From Candidatus Saccharimonadales bacterium (lineage in GTDB: Bacteria > Chloroflexota > Dormibacteria > Aeolococcales > Aeolococcaceae): a DNA stretch of 64,000 nt. The notes under the pieces were generated by a model. The model was given only the letters and a program-made list of their open reading frames with translations, was not told where the DNA came from and did no database searches. Made by a program: the position numbers and the translations under genes. Position 1 is the first letter of the stretch. Every line of letters begins with the position of its first letter. Shown here piece by piece: positions 46,784 through 57,432 of the stretch. Location of the stretch: the NCBI GenBank assembly GCA_035534875.1, contig DATLRB010000073.1, positions 35,961 through 99,960 on the forward strand, given 5' to 3'.

Positions 46784-46839
46784 GCACACGCAGGCTGGGT
46801 CGCCCGGGCGCGCCCCTCGTGGTGCACTAAACTCCGCCA

Positions 46840-47496
46840 ATGGTGGCGACGACCGAAGAGGTCCTCGAGCTCCACGGGCGGGTTCGCGAGTGCACCGCAT
46901 GCCCTCTTCACCTCACGCGCACCCAGGCCGTTCCGGGGTACGGGCCGGTGAGCGCCCGCGTGATGGCGGTCGGGGAGGCTCCGGGCGAGAACGAGGATCG
47001 CGAGGGCAAGCCCTTCGTCGGTGCCGCAGGACGGTTGCTCACGAGCCTGCTCGAGTCGGTCGGACTCGATCGCCGCGACATCTATATCACCAACATCGTC
47101 AAGTGCCGCCCGCCGCGCAATCGCGACCCCGAAGCGCAGGAGGTGGAGGCCTGCAGCCACTTTCTCGATGAGCAGATCGAGTTGCTCCAGCCCGACGTGA
47201 TCCTGCTCCTGGGGCGTCACGCGTTGACACGATTGCTCCCCGCGGCCGGAGGGATCTCGCGCCTCCACGGCGAGCGGGTGCGCCGCAACGACCGCGTCTT
47301 CGTTCCCCTGTACCACCCGGCGGCCGCGCTCTACAACGGCGCCCTCAAGGAGACCCTCGAGGCCGACATGCGGCGCGTCCGCGGCTACCTGGCCGACGCT
47401 GAGGCGGCGAGAGCCCGGCGGGCGACCGGCGCATCCGCATCAGAGCTGCGCAGGGTCGCGGCCGCCGCCGCTGGCGCCCAGATGGATCTCTTTTGA
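46840..47496 (+). CDS. Uracil-DNA glycosylase, family 4 (Fe-S type)
   Basis: CxxCxLH...GEAPG motif (CTACPLHLTRTQAVPGYGP...MAVGEAPGENED) and HPAAALYN. Confidence 0.85.
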   Translation: MVATTEEVLELHGRVRECTACPLHLTRTQAVPGYGPVSARVMAVGEAPGENEDREGKPFVGAAGRLLTSLLESVGLDRRDIYITNIVKCRPPRNRDPEAQEVEACSHFLDEQIELLQPDVILLLGRHALTRLLPAAGGISRLHGERVRRNDRVFVPLYHPAAALYNGALKETLEADMRRVRGYLADAEAARARRATGASASELRRVAAAAAGAQMDLF

Positions 47497-49160
47497 TCGA
47501 CGCGCCCGGTTCGGCACAACTCACGCTGATTCCCCTGGGTGGCCTCGGCGAGATCGGTCGCAACATGCTCGCGCTGAGCTGCGGCGACGACATCGTGGTC
47601 ATCGACACCGGGCTGATGTTTCCGGAGCAGGAGATGCTCGGCGTCGACCTGGTGATCCCCGACATCGCGTGGCTCCAGGAGCGGGTCGCGAACATCCGGG
47701 GCATCGTCCTCACGCACGGGCACGAGGACCATATCGGGGCACTTCCCTACGTGCTCCCGCGCCTTCCCGTGCCGGTGTACGGCACGGCACTCACCCTCGG
47801 CTTCCTGCGCAACAAGCTGCGCGAGCACGGACTCATCGAGACCACCGAACTGCACACCGTCCGCCCCGGCGATTCGCGCTCGCTCGGTTGCTTCGAGGTC
47901 GAATGGGTGCACGCGACCCACTCGATCCCCGACGCGTGCGCCCTGGTGGTGCACACACCCGCCGGCGTCATCGTGCATTCGGGCGACTTCAAGATCGACA
48001 GCACGCCGGTGCAGGGTGAGCCGCCCGACCTGGCCCGGCTGGCACGCGTCGGCGACGACGGCGTGCTCCTGCTGCTCAGCGACAGCACCAACGCGGAGCA
48101 GGAGGGGACGACGCCGAGCGAGCGCACCGTGGGCGAGGGGCTGGCGCCCATCTTCGCCGCGGCGGAGGGGCGCATCCTGATGGCGACCTTCGCATCCAAC
48201 ATCTCGCGGCTGCAGCAGGCGATCAACGCCGCGCAGGCGTGCGGACGGCGCTGCTTCATCGTTGGGCGGTCGATGCTCAAGAACATCAAGGTCGCCGAGG
48301 AGCTCGGCTACCTGCACGTGCCACCGGGGACCTTCGTCACACCCAAGGAGCACGAACGTATTCCCGACAACGAGCTCGCGATCCTCTGCACGGGTGCGCA
48401 GGGTGAGCCCCTGTCCGCACTCGTGCGCATCGCCGCGGGTGAGCACCGCATGGTGAGCCTGCGCGAAGCAGACACCGTGATCATCAGCGCAAACCCCATA
48501 CCGGGCAACGAGGAATCGGTGCACCGGACGATCAACAACCTGTATCGGAGGGGAGCACGCGTCTTCAATTCCTCGCGCCATGGTGTGCACGCATCCGGCC
48601 ACGCCAGTCGGGAGGAGCTGAAGCTCCTGCTCACGCTCACGCGACCGCGCTATTTCATCCCGGTGCACGGGGAGTACCGCCACCTCGCGCTGCACGCCGC
48701 CCTGGCCCGATCGGTGGGCATCCCGGCGGAGCGTGTCCTCGCGATCGACAACGGCACCGTCATCGCGATCGATGAGCACGGCGTTCGCGTCACCGGAGAC
48801 CGGGTGCGGACCGGGTACGTCTATGTCGACGGGCTCAGCATCGAAGAAGCGGGCGATGTCGTCTTCCGCGATCGTCAGCAGCTCGCGCAGGACGGGGTGA
48901 TCCTGGTGGTGCTGACCGTCGAACGCTCCAGCGGCGCTGTGGTCGCCGGGCCCGACCTCGTGTCACGGGGATTCGTCGCGGACGACGCCGACACGCTGTT
49001 CGACGAGGCGCGCGAGCACGTGCTGTCGCTCGTCTCACGGCTCACCCCGGACGCCGGATACACCGCTTGGCAGGGAGCGATCCACGAGGGTCTCTCGCGG
49101 TTCCTCTACAAGAAGACGAAGCGGCGGCCGCTCATACTGCCGCTGGTCACCGAGGTCTGA
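47493..49160 (+). CDS. rnj: Ribonuclease J
   Basis: Metallo-beta-lactamase HxHxDH (THGHEDHIG), beta-CASP and C-terminal domains. 555 aa. ATGA overlap. Confidence 0.9.
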   Translation: MIDAPGSAQLTLIPLGGLGEIGRNMLALSCGDDIVVIDTGLMFPEQEMLGVDLVIPDIAWLQERVANIRGIVLTHGHEDHIGALPYVLPRLPVPVYGTALTLGFLRNKLREHGLIETTELHTVRPGDSRSLGCFEVEWVHATHSIPDACALVVHTPAGVIVHSGDFKIDSTPVQGEPPDLARLARVGDDGVLLLLSDSTNAEQEGTTPSERTVGEGLAPIFAAAEGRILMATFASNISRLQQAINAAQACGRRCFIVGRSMLKNIKVAEELGYLHVPPGTFVTPKEHERIPDNELAILCTGAQGEPLSALVRIAAGEHRMVSLREADTVIISANPIPGNEESVHRTINNLYRRGARVFNSSRHGVHASGHASREELKLLLTLTRPRYFIPVHGEYRHLALHAALARSVGIPAERVLAIDNGTVIAIDEHGVRVTGDRVRTGYVYVDGLSIEEAGDVVFRDRQQLAQDGVILVVLTVERSSGAVVAGPDLVSRGFVADDADTLFDEAREHVLSLVSRLTPDAGYTAWQGAIHEGLSRFLYKKTKRRPLILPLVTEV

Positions 49161-49352
49161 GCTCGAAAGAGAGTCTCCGCGACAACACATTCGTGTAGTA
49201 TGGGCACGGATGTTCGACGTGCGCCGCCTGGACGACCCGCTCGATCCGGCACCGGCCGCCGCATTTGCGCGAGCCGATTTGCTGGTAGCATCGGGCCCGA
49301 TCCAGGGGCCTCGGTAGCCCGTCTTCCACGCGTTCCACATCGAGTTCACGAC

Positions 49353-51671
49353 ATGGCTCGCTCCGCCCCAACCCGTCCCACGCGCAAGCGCACGCCGTCG
49401 CGGCGCCCGGCGTCGCGCTCACGGTCGCGCGTTTCAACGTCGCCGCGCTCCCCATTGCTCCATCGCGACCTGCGCCGTGAGCTGACCGGGATCGGAGCGA
49501 TCGGGGCGGGCGTGATTCTCGCCGCGGTCCTCATCCTCCCCGGCGGCGGGGCGGTGGCCGGACCGGTGCACGACGGGCTCATCGGCGCCTTCGGGATCGG
49601 AGCCTGGATCGGCGTCGCCGGTCTGTTCGTCACCGGCGCACGCCTGTGCATGACACCCGAGTGGCGGGCGGGGACGCTCGCGGCACTCGGCAGCGCCGTG
49701 GCGATGGTCGCGATCCTCGGACTGATCGGGATGATCGGGCCGGCCGACGCCGGCGCGATGGGACGCTGGATCGGCTCCGGCGTCGAGCGGGTCCTGGGTG
49801 GCGCAGGCGCGAGCGCCGCGCTCGTGGTCATCGCGTTCCTCGGCGTCATCCTGGCAACCGACCTCCGGACCGGCACCGTGATCCGTGCGCTTGGACGGTG
49901 GTTCGCCGCCGAAGGCGGGGGACGGCGCCGGGACCGGTCGGCGACGGGGTCCGGGATCGGTATGCGCGCGTTCTCTCCGCGGGCCTCCGAGCCCTCCACG
50001 GAGCTCAGCGGCGTTCCGATGCTGCTTCCATTCGACCCACCCAAGGCCACACCTCCGGCGGCGACCGCCTTCCTCGACCCCGAGGAGCCGCAGGCGACCG
50101 GCGAGGACCTCGGCGAACACGGCTTCACCCGTGAGTTCGAAGGCGTTCCCGCGGTCGCCGGAGAGCCGGCTGTGCCGCTGATCGGGCCCGTTCCCGAGGT
50201 CGGCCTCGGTCACGCCGCAATGATCAGCGACGAGCCGGAGAAGGTGTGGGTGCTGCCCACGGCAGAGCTGCTGGATACGATCACCGGCAAGCGGGAACGC
50301 CTCGCCGCGGAGGTTCGTGCCACAGGCGACAAGATCGTGAGCACCCTGCAGTCGTTCGGCATCGAGACCCGCATCGTCGGAGCCAACAGCGGGCCGACGG
50401 TCACGCAGTACGAGCTGCAACCGGCGGTGGGCGTTCCGGTGCGACGCATCCTCGGGTATCAGACCGACCTCGCGCTCGCGCTCGCCGCGCCGATCCGGAT
50501 ACAACCGTTCATCCCAGGGAAGTCCGCAATCGGCATCGAGGTGCCCAACAAGGCGGCTCAGTTGGTGAGCCTGAAGGAGACGATCGAATCGCCCGCGTTC
50601 GCAGACCGGCGCAACAAGCTGAGCGTCGCACTCGGCGCCGACGTCAGCGGCCACCCCGTGATCGGCGATCTCACGCGCATGCCCCACCTGCTCATCGCCG
50701 GCGCGACCGGCAGCGGCAAGTCGGTGTGCATCAATGCAGTGCTCGGTGGCTTTCTCCTGCAGGCGACCCCCGCCCAGCTCAAGATGATCCTCATCGACCC
50801 GAAACGGGTCGAGCTGTCCAACTTCGGCGACCTGCCGCACCTGCTCGTCCCGGTCGTCGTGGAACCCGAGGCGGCGGTGGCGTCGCTGCGCTGGGCGGTG
50901 AAGGAGATGGAGGAGCGGTACAAGCTCTTCGCATCGCACGCAGCGCGAAACATCGTGGCCTTCAACGAGAAGGCGCCCGGCCTCGGCGTCGCGCCCCTGC
51001 CCTACATCGTCATCGTCATTGACGAACTCGCCGACCTGATGATGGTCGCGGCAGGGGAGATCGAGGATCTGATCTGCCGGATCGCGCAGCTCGCCCGCGC
51101 CGTGGGACTCCACCTGATCGTCGCGACGCAGCGCCCTTCGGCGGACATCATCACCGGGCTCATCAAGGCGAACATCCCGAGCCGCGTCGCATTCGCCGTC
51201 TCGAGCGGCGTGGATTCGCGAGTGATCCTGGATGAGATGGGGGCGGAGAAACTGCTCGGCCGAGGCGACATGCTGTATCTGCCCATCGACGAGGGCAAGC
51301 CCCGGCGGTTGCAGGGAGCCTTCGTGAGCGATCGCGAGCTCGATACGCTGATCGGCCACTGGAAGCTGCAGGGCAAGCCCGACTACCAGGAGGAGATCTT
51401 CACCGTCGAGGCGACCGTTTCCTGGGCGCGCGACGCATCCAAGCGCGATCCCCTTTTTGCGAAGGCAGCGCACACGGTCGCCGCCGAAGGGCGTGCGGCC
51501 GCGTCGCTCCTTCAGCGCAAGCTCAGCGTGGGCTACACCCGCGCCGCGCGCCTGATCGACCAGCTTGCCGAGCACGGAGTGGTGGGCCCGTTCGAGGGAA
51601 GCAAGTCACGCGACGTCCTCATGGATGTGTTCCAGGTCGATGAGCTGCTCGCCGACCTGGGCGACGAGTAA
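49353..51671 (+). CDS. ftsK: DNA translocase FtsK/SpoIIIE
   Basis: N-terminal TM helices, an Ala/Pro/Gly-rich linker, the motor domain (Walker A GATGSGKSV, Walker B IVIVIDELADLM) and the gamma domain (LLQRKLSVGYTRAARLIDQLAEHGVV). Confidence 0.9.
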   Translation: MARSAPTRPTRKRTPSRRPASRSRSRVSTSPRSPLLHRDLRRELTGIGAIGAGVILAAVLILPGGGAVAGPVHDGLIGAFGIGAWIGVAGLFVTGARLCMTPEWRAGTLAALGSAVAMVAILGLIGMIGPADAGAMGRWIGSGVERVLGGAGASAALVVIAFLGVILATDLRTGTVIRALGRWFAAEGGGRRRDRSATGSGIGMRAFSPRASEPSTELSGVPMLLPFDPPKATPPAATAFLDPEEPQATGEDLGEHGFTREFEGVPAVAGEPAVPLIGPVPEVGLGHAAMISDEPEKVWVLPTAELLDTITGKRERLAAEVRATGDKIVSTLQSFGIETRIVGANSGPTVTQYELQPAVGVPVRRILGYQTDLALALAAPIRIQPFIPGKSAIGIEVPNKAAQLVSLKETIESPAFADRRNKLSVALGADVSGHPVIGDLTRMPHLLIAGATGSGKSVCINAVLGGFLLQATPAQLKMILIDPKRVELSNFGDLPHLLVPVVVEPEAAVASLRWAVKEMEERYKLFASHAARNIVAFNEKAPGLGVAPLPYIVIVIDELADLMMVAAGEIEDLICRIAQLARAVGLHLIVATQRPSADIITGLIKANIPSRVAFAVSSGVDSRVILDEMGAEKLLGRGDMLYLPIDEGKPRRLQGAFVSDRELDTLIGHWKLQGKPDYQEEIFTVEATVSWARDASKRDPLFAKAAHTVAAEGRAAASLLQRKLSVGYTRAARLIDQLAEHGVVGPFEGSKSRDVLMDVFQVDELLADLGDE

Positions 51672-51945
51672 CGGGCCGGGTCGCACCAGCGACGCTGCCA
51701 CGCTGGACGCTGTGCTGAGCCGCGCGCTGGCTCGGACCGGGACGCTCGAGAAGACGCGACATCTGCTCATCTACCGGATGACCCGCATTCACCTCGACGA
51801 CGTCGTCGGCGCCCTCGGGTTTGGCCGACAGCGAGCGAGTCCCGGTCGGCTCCATCGACCTTCCGCGCGAGCGCATCGAGCCGATCGGGACCTGACCGCA
51901 CCGGGCGGCGCTGCGCCGTCTCCCGGGTCGCTATCCTCATCACCC

Positions 51946-52437
51946 ATGCCCCAGGACCACAGCTTCGACGTCGTCAGTGAATTCGATCGCCAGGAGTTGG
52001 TCAACGCCGTCGACCAGGCTCGACGCGAGATCACGACTCGATATGACTTCAAGGGCATCGACGTCGACATCAAGCTCGAGGACGAGACGATCACGCTGCT
52101 CGCCGGCACCGACGCGCAGCTCAAGTCGATCATCGACGTCCTGCAGAGCAAGGCGCACCGGCGCGGCATCGATCTCAAGGTGCTCGACCCCCAAAAGCCA
52201 GAGCCGGCGGCGAAGGGCAACGTTCGCCAGGTGCTCAAGCTCCGCAAGGGCATCGGAGAGGAGCTGGCCCGCGACCTGACCAAGCGGATCCGTGGCCAGC
52301 ATCCGAAGGCGCAGGTCCGGACCCAGGGCGACCAGTTGCGGGTGTCGAGCAAGGACAAGGACGAGCTGCAGGCCGTGATTCAGCAGCTCCGCGACCTCGA
52401 TCTCGAGGTACCGCTCCAGTTCACCAACTACCGGTGA
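51946..52437 (+). CDS. yajQ: YajQ-family (UPF0234) nucleotide-binding protein
   Basis: 163 aa. MPQDHSFDVVSEFDRQELVNAVDQARREITTRYDFKG is the conserved family N-terminus. Confidence 0.85.
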   Translation: MPQDHSFDVVSEFDRQELVNAVDQARREITTRYDFKGIDVDIKLEDETITLLAGTDAQLKSIIDVLQSKAHRRGIDLKVLDPQKPEPAAKGNVRQVLKLRKGIGEELARDLTKRIRGQHPKAQVRTQGDQLRVSSKDKDELQAVIQQLRDLDLEVPLQFTNYR

Positions 52438-52499
52438 GCCGCCGCGGTCCGGACGGCCTCACGACCACGCGCCGCATCGCCGGCTGAGCGGACAACAAG

Positions 52500-53048
52500 G
52501 TGCGGCCGCCGGACTTCGACGCTGACGACCGCCTCCCGACCCTTGACGAGGCGTTCCCCGACGCCGCCTTGCTCGGAAGGGCACTCGCCGGTGCGGGGCT
52601 CACCATCGCCGTCGCCGAATCGTGCACGGGCGGTCTGCTCGGCGCCGCGCTCACCGCGGTACCGGGATCGTCCGCCTACGTCCGTGGAGGCGTGATCGCC
52701 TATGCGGATGACGTCAAGGCCGAGCACCTCGGTGTCGGCCGCCACCTGCTCGCGACGCATGGCGCGGTGAGCCCCGAGGTCGCCGGCGCCATGGCCTCGG
52801 GGGTGCGCGTTCGATTTCAGGCAAGCCTCGGCGTGGGCATCACCGGCGTCGCCGGTCCGGACGCGAGCGAGCGGAAGCCGGCCGGGCTCGTGTTCATCGC
52901 CGTCGCCGATCCAGCGAACGTACGGGTCATCCGCCTCGACGAGGATCACGGGCGCGAGTTGAATCGCGCGTACGCTGTCAGGGCAGCCCTCCGCCTGTGT
53001 GACGACGTGATCCGCGCCCTGCCCGCATCGGGTCCGAGCGGCGCATGA
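52500..53048 (+). CDS. CinA C-terminal-domain protein (nicotinamide-nucleotide amidohydrolase PncC-like)
   Basis: LTIAVAESCTGGLL signature. Conserved position immediately upstream of recA. Confidence 0.85.
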   Translation: MRPPDFDADDRLPTLDEAFPDAALLGRALAGAGLTIAVAESCTGGLLGAALTAVPGSSAYVRGGVIAYADDVKAEHLGVGRHLLATHGAVSPEVAGAMASGVRVRFQASLGVGITGVAGPDASERKPAGLVFIAVADPANVRVIRLDEDHGRELNRAYAVRAALRLCDDVIRALPASGPSGA

Positions 53049-53122
53049 GGCCCCGTGATCCCACCGCCCGCATGCGGATCGCGGCGCCCCAACTTCGGGC
53101 TTGTCACGTCCTCGCGAAGGTT

Positions 53123-53140
53123 GTACAGTACAAATGTTCG
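53123..53140. promoter_or_regulatory. Candidate LexA-type operator about 200 nt upstream of recA: palindrome TGTACAGTACA overlapping GTACAAATGTTCG (one mismatch to the GAAC-N4-GTTC Cheo-box core)
   Basis: Seen in the sequence. A TCGAAC half-site also occurs at about 53309-53314. Confidence 0.25.
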
Positions 53141-53339
53141 CCCCACCCGGTGAGCCCGGACGCGTCGCCCGTCGCGACCCCCCTACGGCATCCCCGCCGC
53201 ATCTCCGACCAATTCCACCACCCCTTGGAGTACAGCTTTGACGAACACACTGGCAAGTCGTACCATCGATACTGTCGAGCCTGTCGTAGAGGTAAACGGG
53301 CGGCGTGCTCGAACGCCCCGTGACGAGAGGAGTGAGCCG

Positions 53340-54395
53340 GTGACGACTGAGCGGGATCGAGCCCTGCAGACAGCGCTCGGACAGATCGAACGAGCCCACG
53401 GAAAGGGAGCGATCATGCGTCTCGGCGACGTACATGCTCAGCACATCGACATCATCCCGACCGGTGCCTTGACCCTCGACATCGCGCTCGGAGTCGGCGG
53501 CATCCCGCGCGGCCGGATCATCGAGGTGTACGGCCCGGAATCCTCGGGCAAGACGACCCTCACCCTGCACATCATCGCCGAGGCGCAGCGTCGCGGTGGC
53601 GTCGCCGCCTTCATCGACGCCGAGCACGCGCTCGATCCACAGTACGCGTTGCGCATCGGTGTCAACACCGAGGAGTTGCTGATCTCGCAACCGGACACCG
53701 GCGAGCAGGCTCTCGAGATCGTCGAGGTGTTGGTGCGCAGCGGTGCTGTCGATGTCGTCGTGATCGACTCGGTGGCCGCCCTCGTTCCGAAAGCTGAGAT
53801 CGACGGTGAGATGGGGGACAGCCACGTCGGCCTGCAGGCACGGCTGATGTCCCAGGCAATGCGCAAGTTGACGGGCGCGATCAGCCGATCCAACACGTCG
53901 GTCGTCTTCATCAACCAGCTCCGCGAGAAGATCGGCGTGATGTTCGGCAACCCCGAGGTCACCTCAGGAGGCCGCGCTCTAAAGTTCTATGCCTCGGTGC
54001 GCATGGACATTCGCAAGATCGACTCCATCAAGCAGGGCCTCGACGTGGTCGGCAGCCGCGTCAAGGTCAAGGTTGTCAAGAACAAGGTCGCGCCGCCGTT
54101 CCGTTCGGCCGAGTTCGACATCCTTTACAACGAGGGCATCTCGTACGCCGGGAGCGTGCTCGACATGGGTATCGACGCGCACATCATCGACAAGAGCGGC
54201 GCCTGGTTCTCCTACGGGGACATGCGCCTCGGACAGGGTCGCGAGAACGTGCGCGACTTCCTGCGCCAGAACCCCGACCTGATGGAGGAGGTGGCCGCGA
54301 AGGTGCGCATCGCCGCGCTGCCGGAACCGGTTCTCCACGACGCCGTCGTCGAGTTGAACGGCGAAGTGCCGCCCCTGCCCGCGCCGATCGCCTGA
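53340..54395 (+). CDS. recA: Recombinase RecA
   Basis: [24 protein letters not shown]..., Walker [10 protein letters not shown] and Walker [14 protein letters not shown] start 7 nt after the RBS GAGAGGAG. The upstream 34 codons of the track ORF are discarded. Confidence 0.95.
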   Translation: MTTERDRALQTALGQIERAHGKGAIMRLGDVHAQHIDIIPTGALTLDIALGVGGIPRGRIIEVYGPESSGKTTLTLHIIAEAQRRGGVAAFIDAEHALDPQYALRIGVNTEELLISQPDTGEQALEIVEVLVRSGAVDVVVIDSVAALVPKAEIDGEMGDSHVGLQARLMSQAMRKLTGAISRSNTSVVFINQLREKIGVMFGNPEVTSGGRALKFYASVRMDIRKIDSIKQGLDVVGSRVKVKVVKNKVAPPFRSAEFDILYNEGISYAGSVLDMGIDAHIIDKSGAWFSYGDMRLGQGRENVRDFLRQNPDLMEEVAAKVRIAALPEPVLHDAVVELNGEVPPLPAPIA

Positions 54396-54414
54396 CACGC
54401 GCAGATCGGCGATC

Positions 54415-54897
54415 GTGAGGCAACTCACTCCGCCCGCAGTGCCTGAAAGTGCGGACGCCGCGGAGGATGCCGCCCTGCGCATCCTTCGTGGCGCCGGCCA
54501 GTCAGCCGCTTCCCTCGGGCGCAAGCTCGAGCGGCGCGGCTATACGGCGGAGGCGGCGGGCGAGGCCGTTCGGCGCTGCGCCGACTCCGGGTACGTCAAT
54601 GACGCGGCCATGGCGGCATCGGTGGCGGCACGCCATCGGCGCGCGGGACACGGGCGGGCACGTGTGGCCGCTGACCTCAAGGCGAAGGGTGTCGCCGCCG
54701 AGCTCATCACCGAGGCGCTCGACGGTCAGAACGACACCGAGGAAGCCGCCGCGATCGCGGTTGCCCGGCAACTCTGGGAGCGTATCGCGACGTCTGGAAC
54801 GCGGGACCAGCGGGCGCGGATGCGTGTCGCCGGCGCACTCCAGCGTCGGGGTTTTTCGGCATCGCTCGTCGCCCGGGTGATGCGCGCGCTGACCTGA
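54415..54897 (+). CDS. recX: Recombination regulator RecX
   Basis: 160 aa immediately downstream of recA. Three helical repeats (AL..LARR..S..EL..KL..KG). Confidence 0.8.
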   Translation: MRQLTPPAVPESADAAEDAALRILRGAGQSAASLGRKLERRGYTAEAAGEAVRRCADSGYVNDAAMAASVAARHRRAGHGRARVAADLKAKGVAAELITEALDGQNDTEEAAAIAVARQLWERIATSGTRDQRARMRVAGALQRRGFSASLVARVMRALT

Positions 54898-54914
54898 ATG
54901 TCAGACTCACTCCC

Positions 54915-55886
54915 ATGGAGTACACGCACCTCGGCCGTTCCGGGCTCTCCGTCAGTCGCCTCTGCCTCGGCACGATGAACTTCGGCCCGGAGACCGACGA
55001 GCCGACATCCCACCAGATCATGGACGCCGCGATCGACGCGGGTCTCAACTTCTTCGACACCGCCAACGTCTACGGCTGGAAGAAGGGCGAGGGCATCACC
55101 GAGCAGATCATCGGCCGGTGGTTCGCACAGGGGGGAGGGCGTCGCGAGAAGGTAGTCATCGCGACCAAGCTCTACGGGTCGATGACCGACTGGCCCAACG
55201 ACACCTTCCTTTCCGCGCGCAACATTCGAAATGCCTGCGAGGGCTCCCTGCGCCGGCTCCAGACCGATCACATCGACCTCTACCAGATGCACCACGTCGA
55301 CCGGAGCACGCCGTTCGACGAGATCTGGGGGGCGATGGAGGTGCTGGTGCAGCAGGGCAAGGTCCTGTACGTCGGCTCATCGAACTTCGCCGGCTGGACG
55401 ATCGCCCAGGCACAGGAGGCGGCGAGGGCCCGTCACTTCCTCGGGCTCGTGAGCGAGCAGTGTCTGTACAACCTCGTCGAGCGCCATGTCGAGGAGGAGG
55501 TGCTGCCGGCGGCGCTGCATTACGGCGTCGGCATCATCGCCTGGAGCCCGTTGATGCGCGGTCTGCTCGGCGGCATCCTCGCCAAGGAACGCGACACGGG
55601 CCGGTCCGCGTCTGAGACCTCCCAGGGTCTCCTCGCCAAACATCGCGACAAGATCGAGCGCTATGAAGCGTTCTGCACTCGCCTTGGGGAGCATCCATCC
55701 GCCGTCGGCCTTGCGTGGCTGCTGCGCCAGCCGGGCGTCACCGGACCGATCGTCGGGCCGCGAACCATCGATCAGTTCCAGAGCAACCTCCACGCCCTCG
55801 ACGTTCACCTGGACGATGCCGCCCTCGAGGAGCTGGACGCGATCTTCCCCGGCCCGGGGCCGGCACCCGAAGTCTGGGCCTGGTAG
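54915..55886 (+). CDS. Aldo/keto reductase
   Basis: LGRSGLSVSRLCLGTMNFG, FDTANVYG and IDLYQMH signature motifs. Confidence 0.85.
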   Translation: MEYTHLGRSGLSVSRLCLGTMNFGPETDEPTSHQIMDAAIDAGLNFFDTANVYGWKKGEGITEQIIGRWFAQGGGRREKVVIATKLYGSMTDWPNDTFLSARNIRNACEGSLRRLQTDHIDLYQMHHVDRSTPFDEIWGAMEVLVQQGKVLYVGSSNFAGWTIAQAQEAARARHFLGLVSEQCLYNLVERHVEEEVLPAALHYGVGIIAWSPLMRGLLGGILAKERDTGRSASETSQGLLAKHRDKIERYEAFCTRLGEHPSAVGLAWLLRQPGVTGPIVGPRTIDQFQSNLHALDVHLDDAALEELDAIFPGPGPAPEVWAW

Positions 55887-55896
55887 CCTCCTGGCC

Positions 55897-57183
55897 TCAG
55901 GCGCGCGCGACGGACTTGGCGTTGCGTTCGAAGCGCACCACCGGGCCCAGGGTGAAGAACGTGGCGGTCGACAGCAGCAGCCCGAGGATCACCAGGCCGT
56001 CGACGAAGAGCAGGTGCGCGGCAACTCCGCCGATCACTGCCCCGAGCGCGCCGCCGCCGGCCAGCGCCACGGTGTAGAACGACATCAGTGCCGATCGATC
56101 GGCACTCAAGCTCTCGGAGCAGTCCGCGAGGTAGGTCACCGCGGCGGGGCCGAAGCCCGCAAGCCAGAGGATGCCCAGGACGAGGAACGGCACGATGAGC
56201 ACCATGCCGATGAACGGCAGGTGATTGATCGCGACGAGCGCTGCCATCGTCAGCCAGGCGCCCGGGACCGCTCGGCGCATGACGATTGCCGGACCGAGGC
56301 GGGCGACAAAGGGTGTCCACAGGATGATGCCGATCAGAAAGATGGCGATCCACCCGATCAGGAACAGTCCGATGACCCGCACATCGAAGTGATGCATCAA
56401 CGCCTGCGAGGGCATCGCGTGGTGGCGAAGCAGCGCCGGCAGATTGGCCACGAACGCTCCGATCAGTGCGAACGACATGATCCAGGCAGGGAGGAAGGTG
56501 CGCATCGGACCGGGCCCGAAGGCGGCCTGAAATACCGCGCGCAGTGGGTGAACCGGCAGGGGAGGGATGCGCGGGACGAAGATGAGGCACACGGCCGCCG
56601 CGCACGCGTACAACCCCGCGAGCAGGATGAACGACCCTCGCTGCAATCCGAAGTAGGCAACCGAGCCCAGCCCGAAGCCGCCCGCATAACCGATGAGCGT
56701 CGAAGCCTCGAATGCGCCGCTTGCGCCCGCACGGCGTCGACGATCGCCGGACGTCGCCGCCGCGACGGTGCCGAGCGCCACCGGGACGAACGCGGCCGCG
56801 CCAACACCCTCGAGCAGGCGTGCGCCGCCGAGCTGCGCCGGCCGCACTCCGAGGTAGAGCAGCAGCACCGCCACCATGCAGACGATGGGACCCGCCACGA
56901 GGAAGATCCGGCGGCCGAACCGATCCGCGTAGCGAGCGAGGATCGGCGCGAACACCATCTCGGTGACGGCCTGAGAAGCACCGACCAGTCCGATGGCGAC
57001 GCCGCTTGGTCTGCCATGTGCCAGGTCGCTGATCCGGAACTGGACCGCCACACCGACGCCGACCGCTCCGACACGAAGCAGGCCACTGGCGACGAGCAAC
57101 GCACCAATCGCTCGCGGGCCCGCGTTGCGCAGCTCATCATCGCCAGGTGCTTCGAGCACGGTGGCGACCTCCCGGTCCGTCAC
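55897..57183 (-). CDS. MFS transporter
   Basis: The C-terminal 428 aa of the 809-codon track ORF carry 12 predicted TM helices. Start placed at the GTG (VTDREVATV...). The upstream 380 codons are discarded as non-coding. Confidence 0.65.
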   Translation of the reverse strand: MTDREVATVLEAPGDDELRNAGPRAIGALLVASGLLRVGAVGVGVAVQFRISDLAHGRPSGVAIGLVGASQAVTEMVFAPILARYADRFGRRIFLVAGPIVCMVAVLLLYLGVRPAQLGGARLLEGVGAAAFVPVALGTVAAATSGDRRRRAGASGAFEASTLIGYAGGFGLGSVAYFGLQRGSFILLAGLYACAAAVCLIFVPRIPPLPVHPLRAVFQAAFGPGPMRTFLPAWIMSFALIGAFVANLPALLRHHAMPSQALMHHFDVRVIGLFLIGWIAIFLIGIILWTPFVARLGPAIVMRRAVPGAWLTMAALVAINHLPFIGMVLIVPFLVLGILWLAGFGPAAVTYLADCSESLSADRSALMSFYTVALAGGGALGAVIGGVAAHLLFVDGLVILGLLLSTATFFTLGPVVRFERNAKSVARA

Positions 57184-57432
57184 GCTCCCTAGGGTAGTCC
57201 GCCACGCCGCTTTGATCGAAACATGCGAGTAACCCCTCTGGCTCGTACAATGACGGTGTCTCCCGTCGCGAACGACCGGCCAGAAGCTGGCCGGCCCCGA
57301 CCGGATCGTCGAGACGCTGTGGGTCTCGCCCCGGTCCCCTTCCCGTCGTGAGGCGTTCCAAGCAGGGCGCATCGCGCCCCACCTCCGAGGTTCCATCCCA
57401 TCGGCATCGAGATCCTCGCCCTGGTAGGGCTG

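Noticed and set aside
51672-51945. Possible gene in the ftsK-yajQ gap (the frame encodes ...LDAVLSRALARTGTLEKTRHLLIYRMTRIHLDDVVGAL...)
   Set aside because: No start codon precedes this stretch (the track ORF starts inside ftsK in another register), and there is no RBS. It is probably a non-coding spacer or gene remnant.
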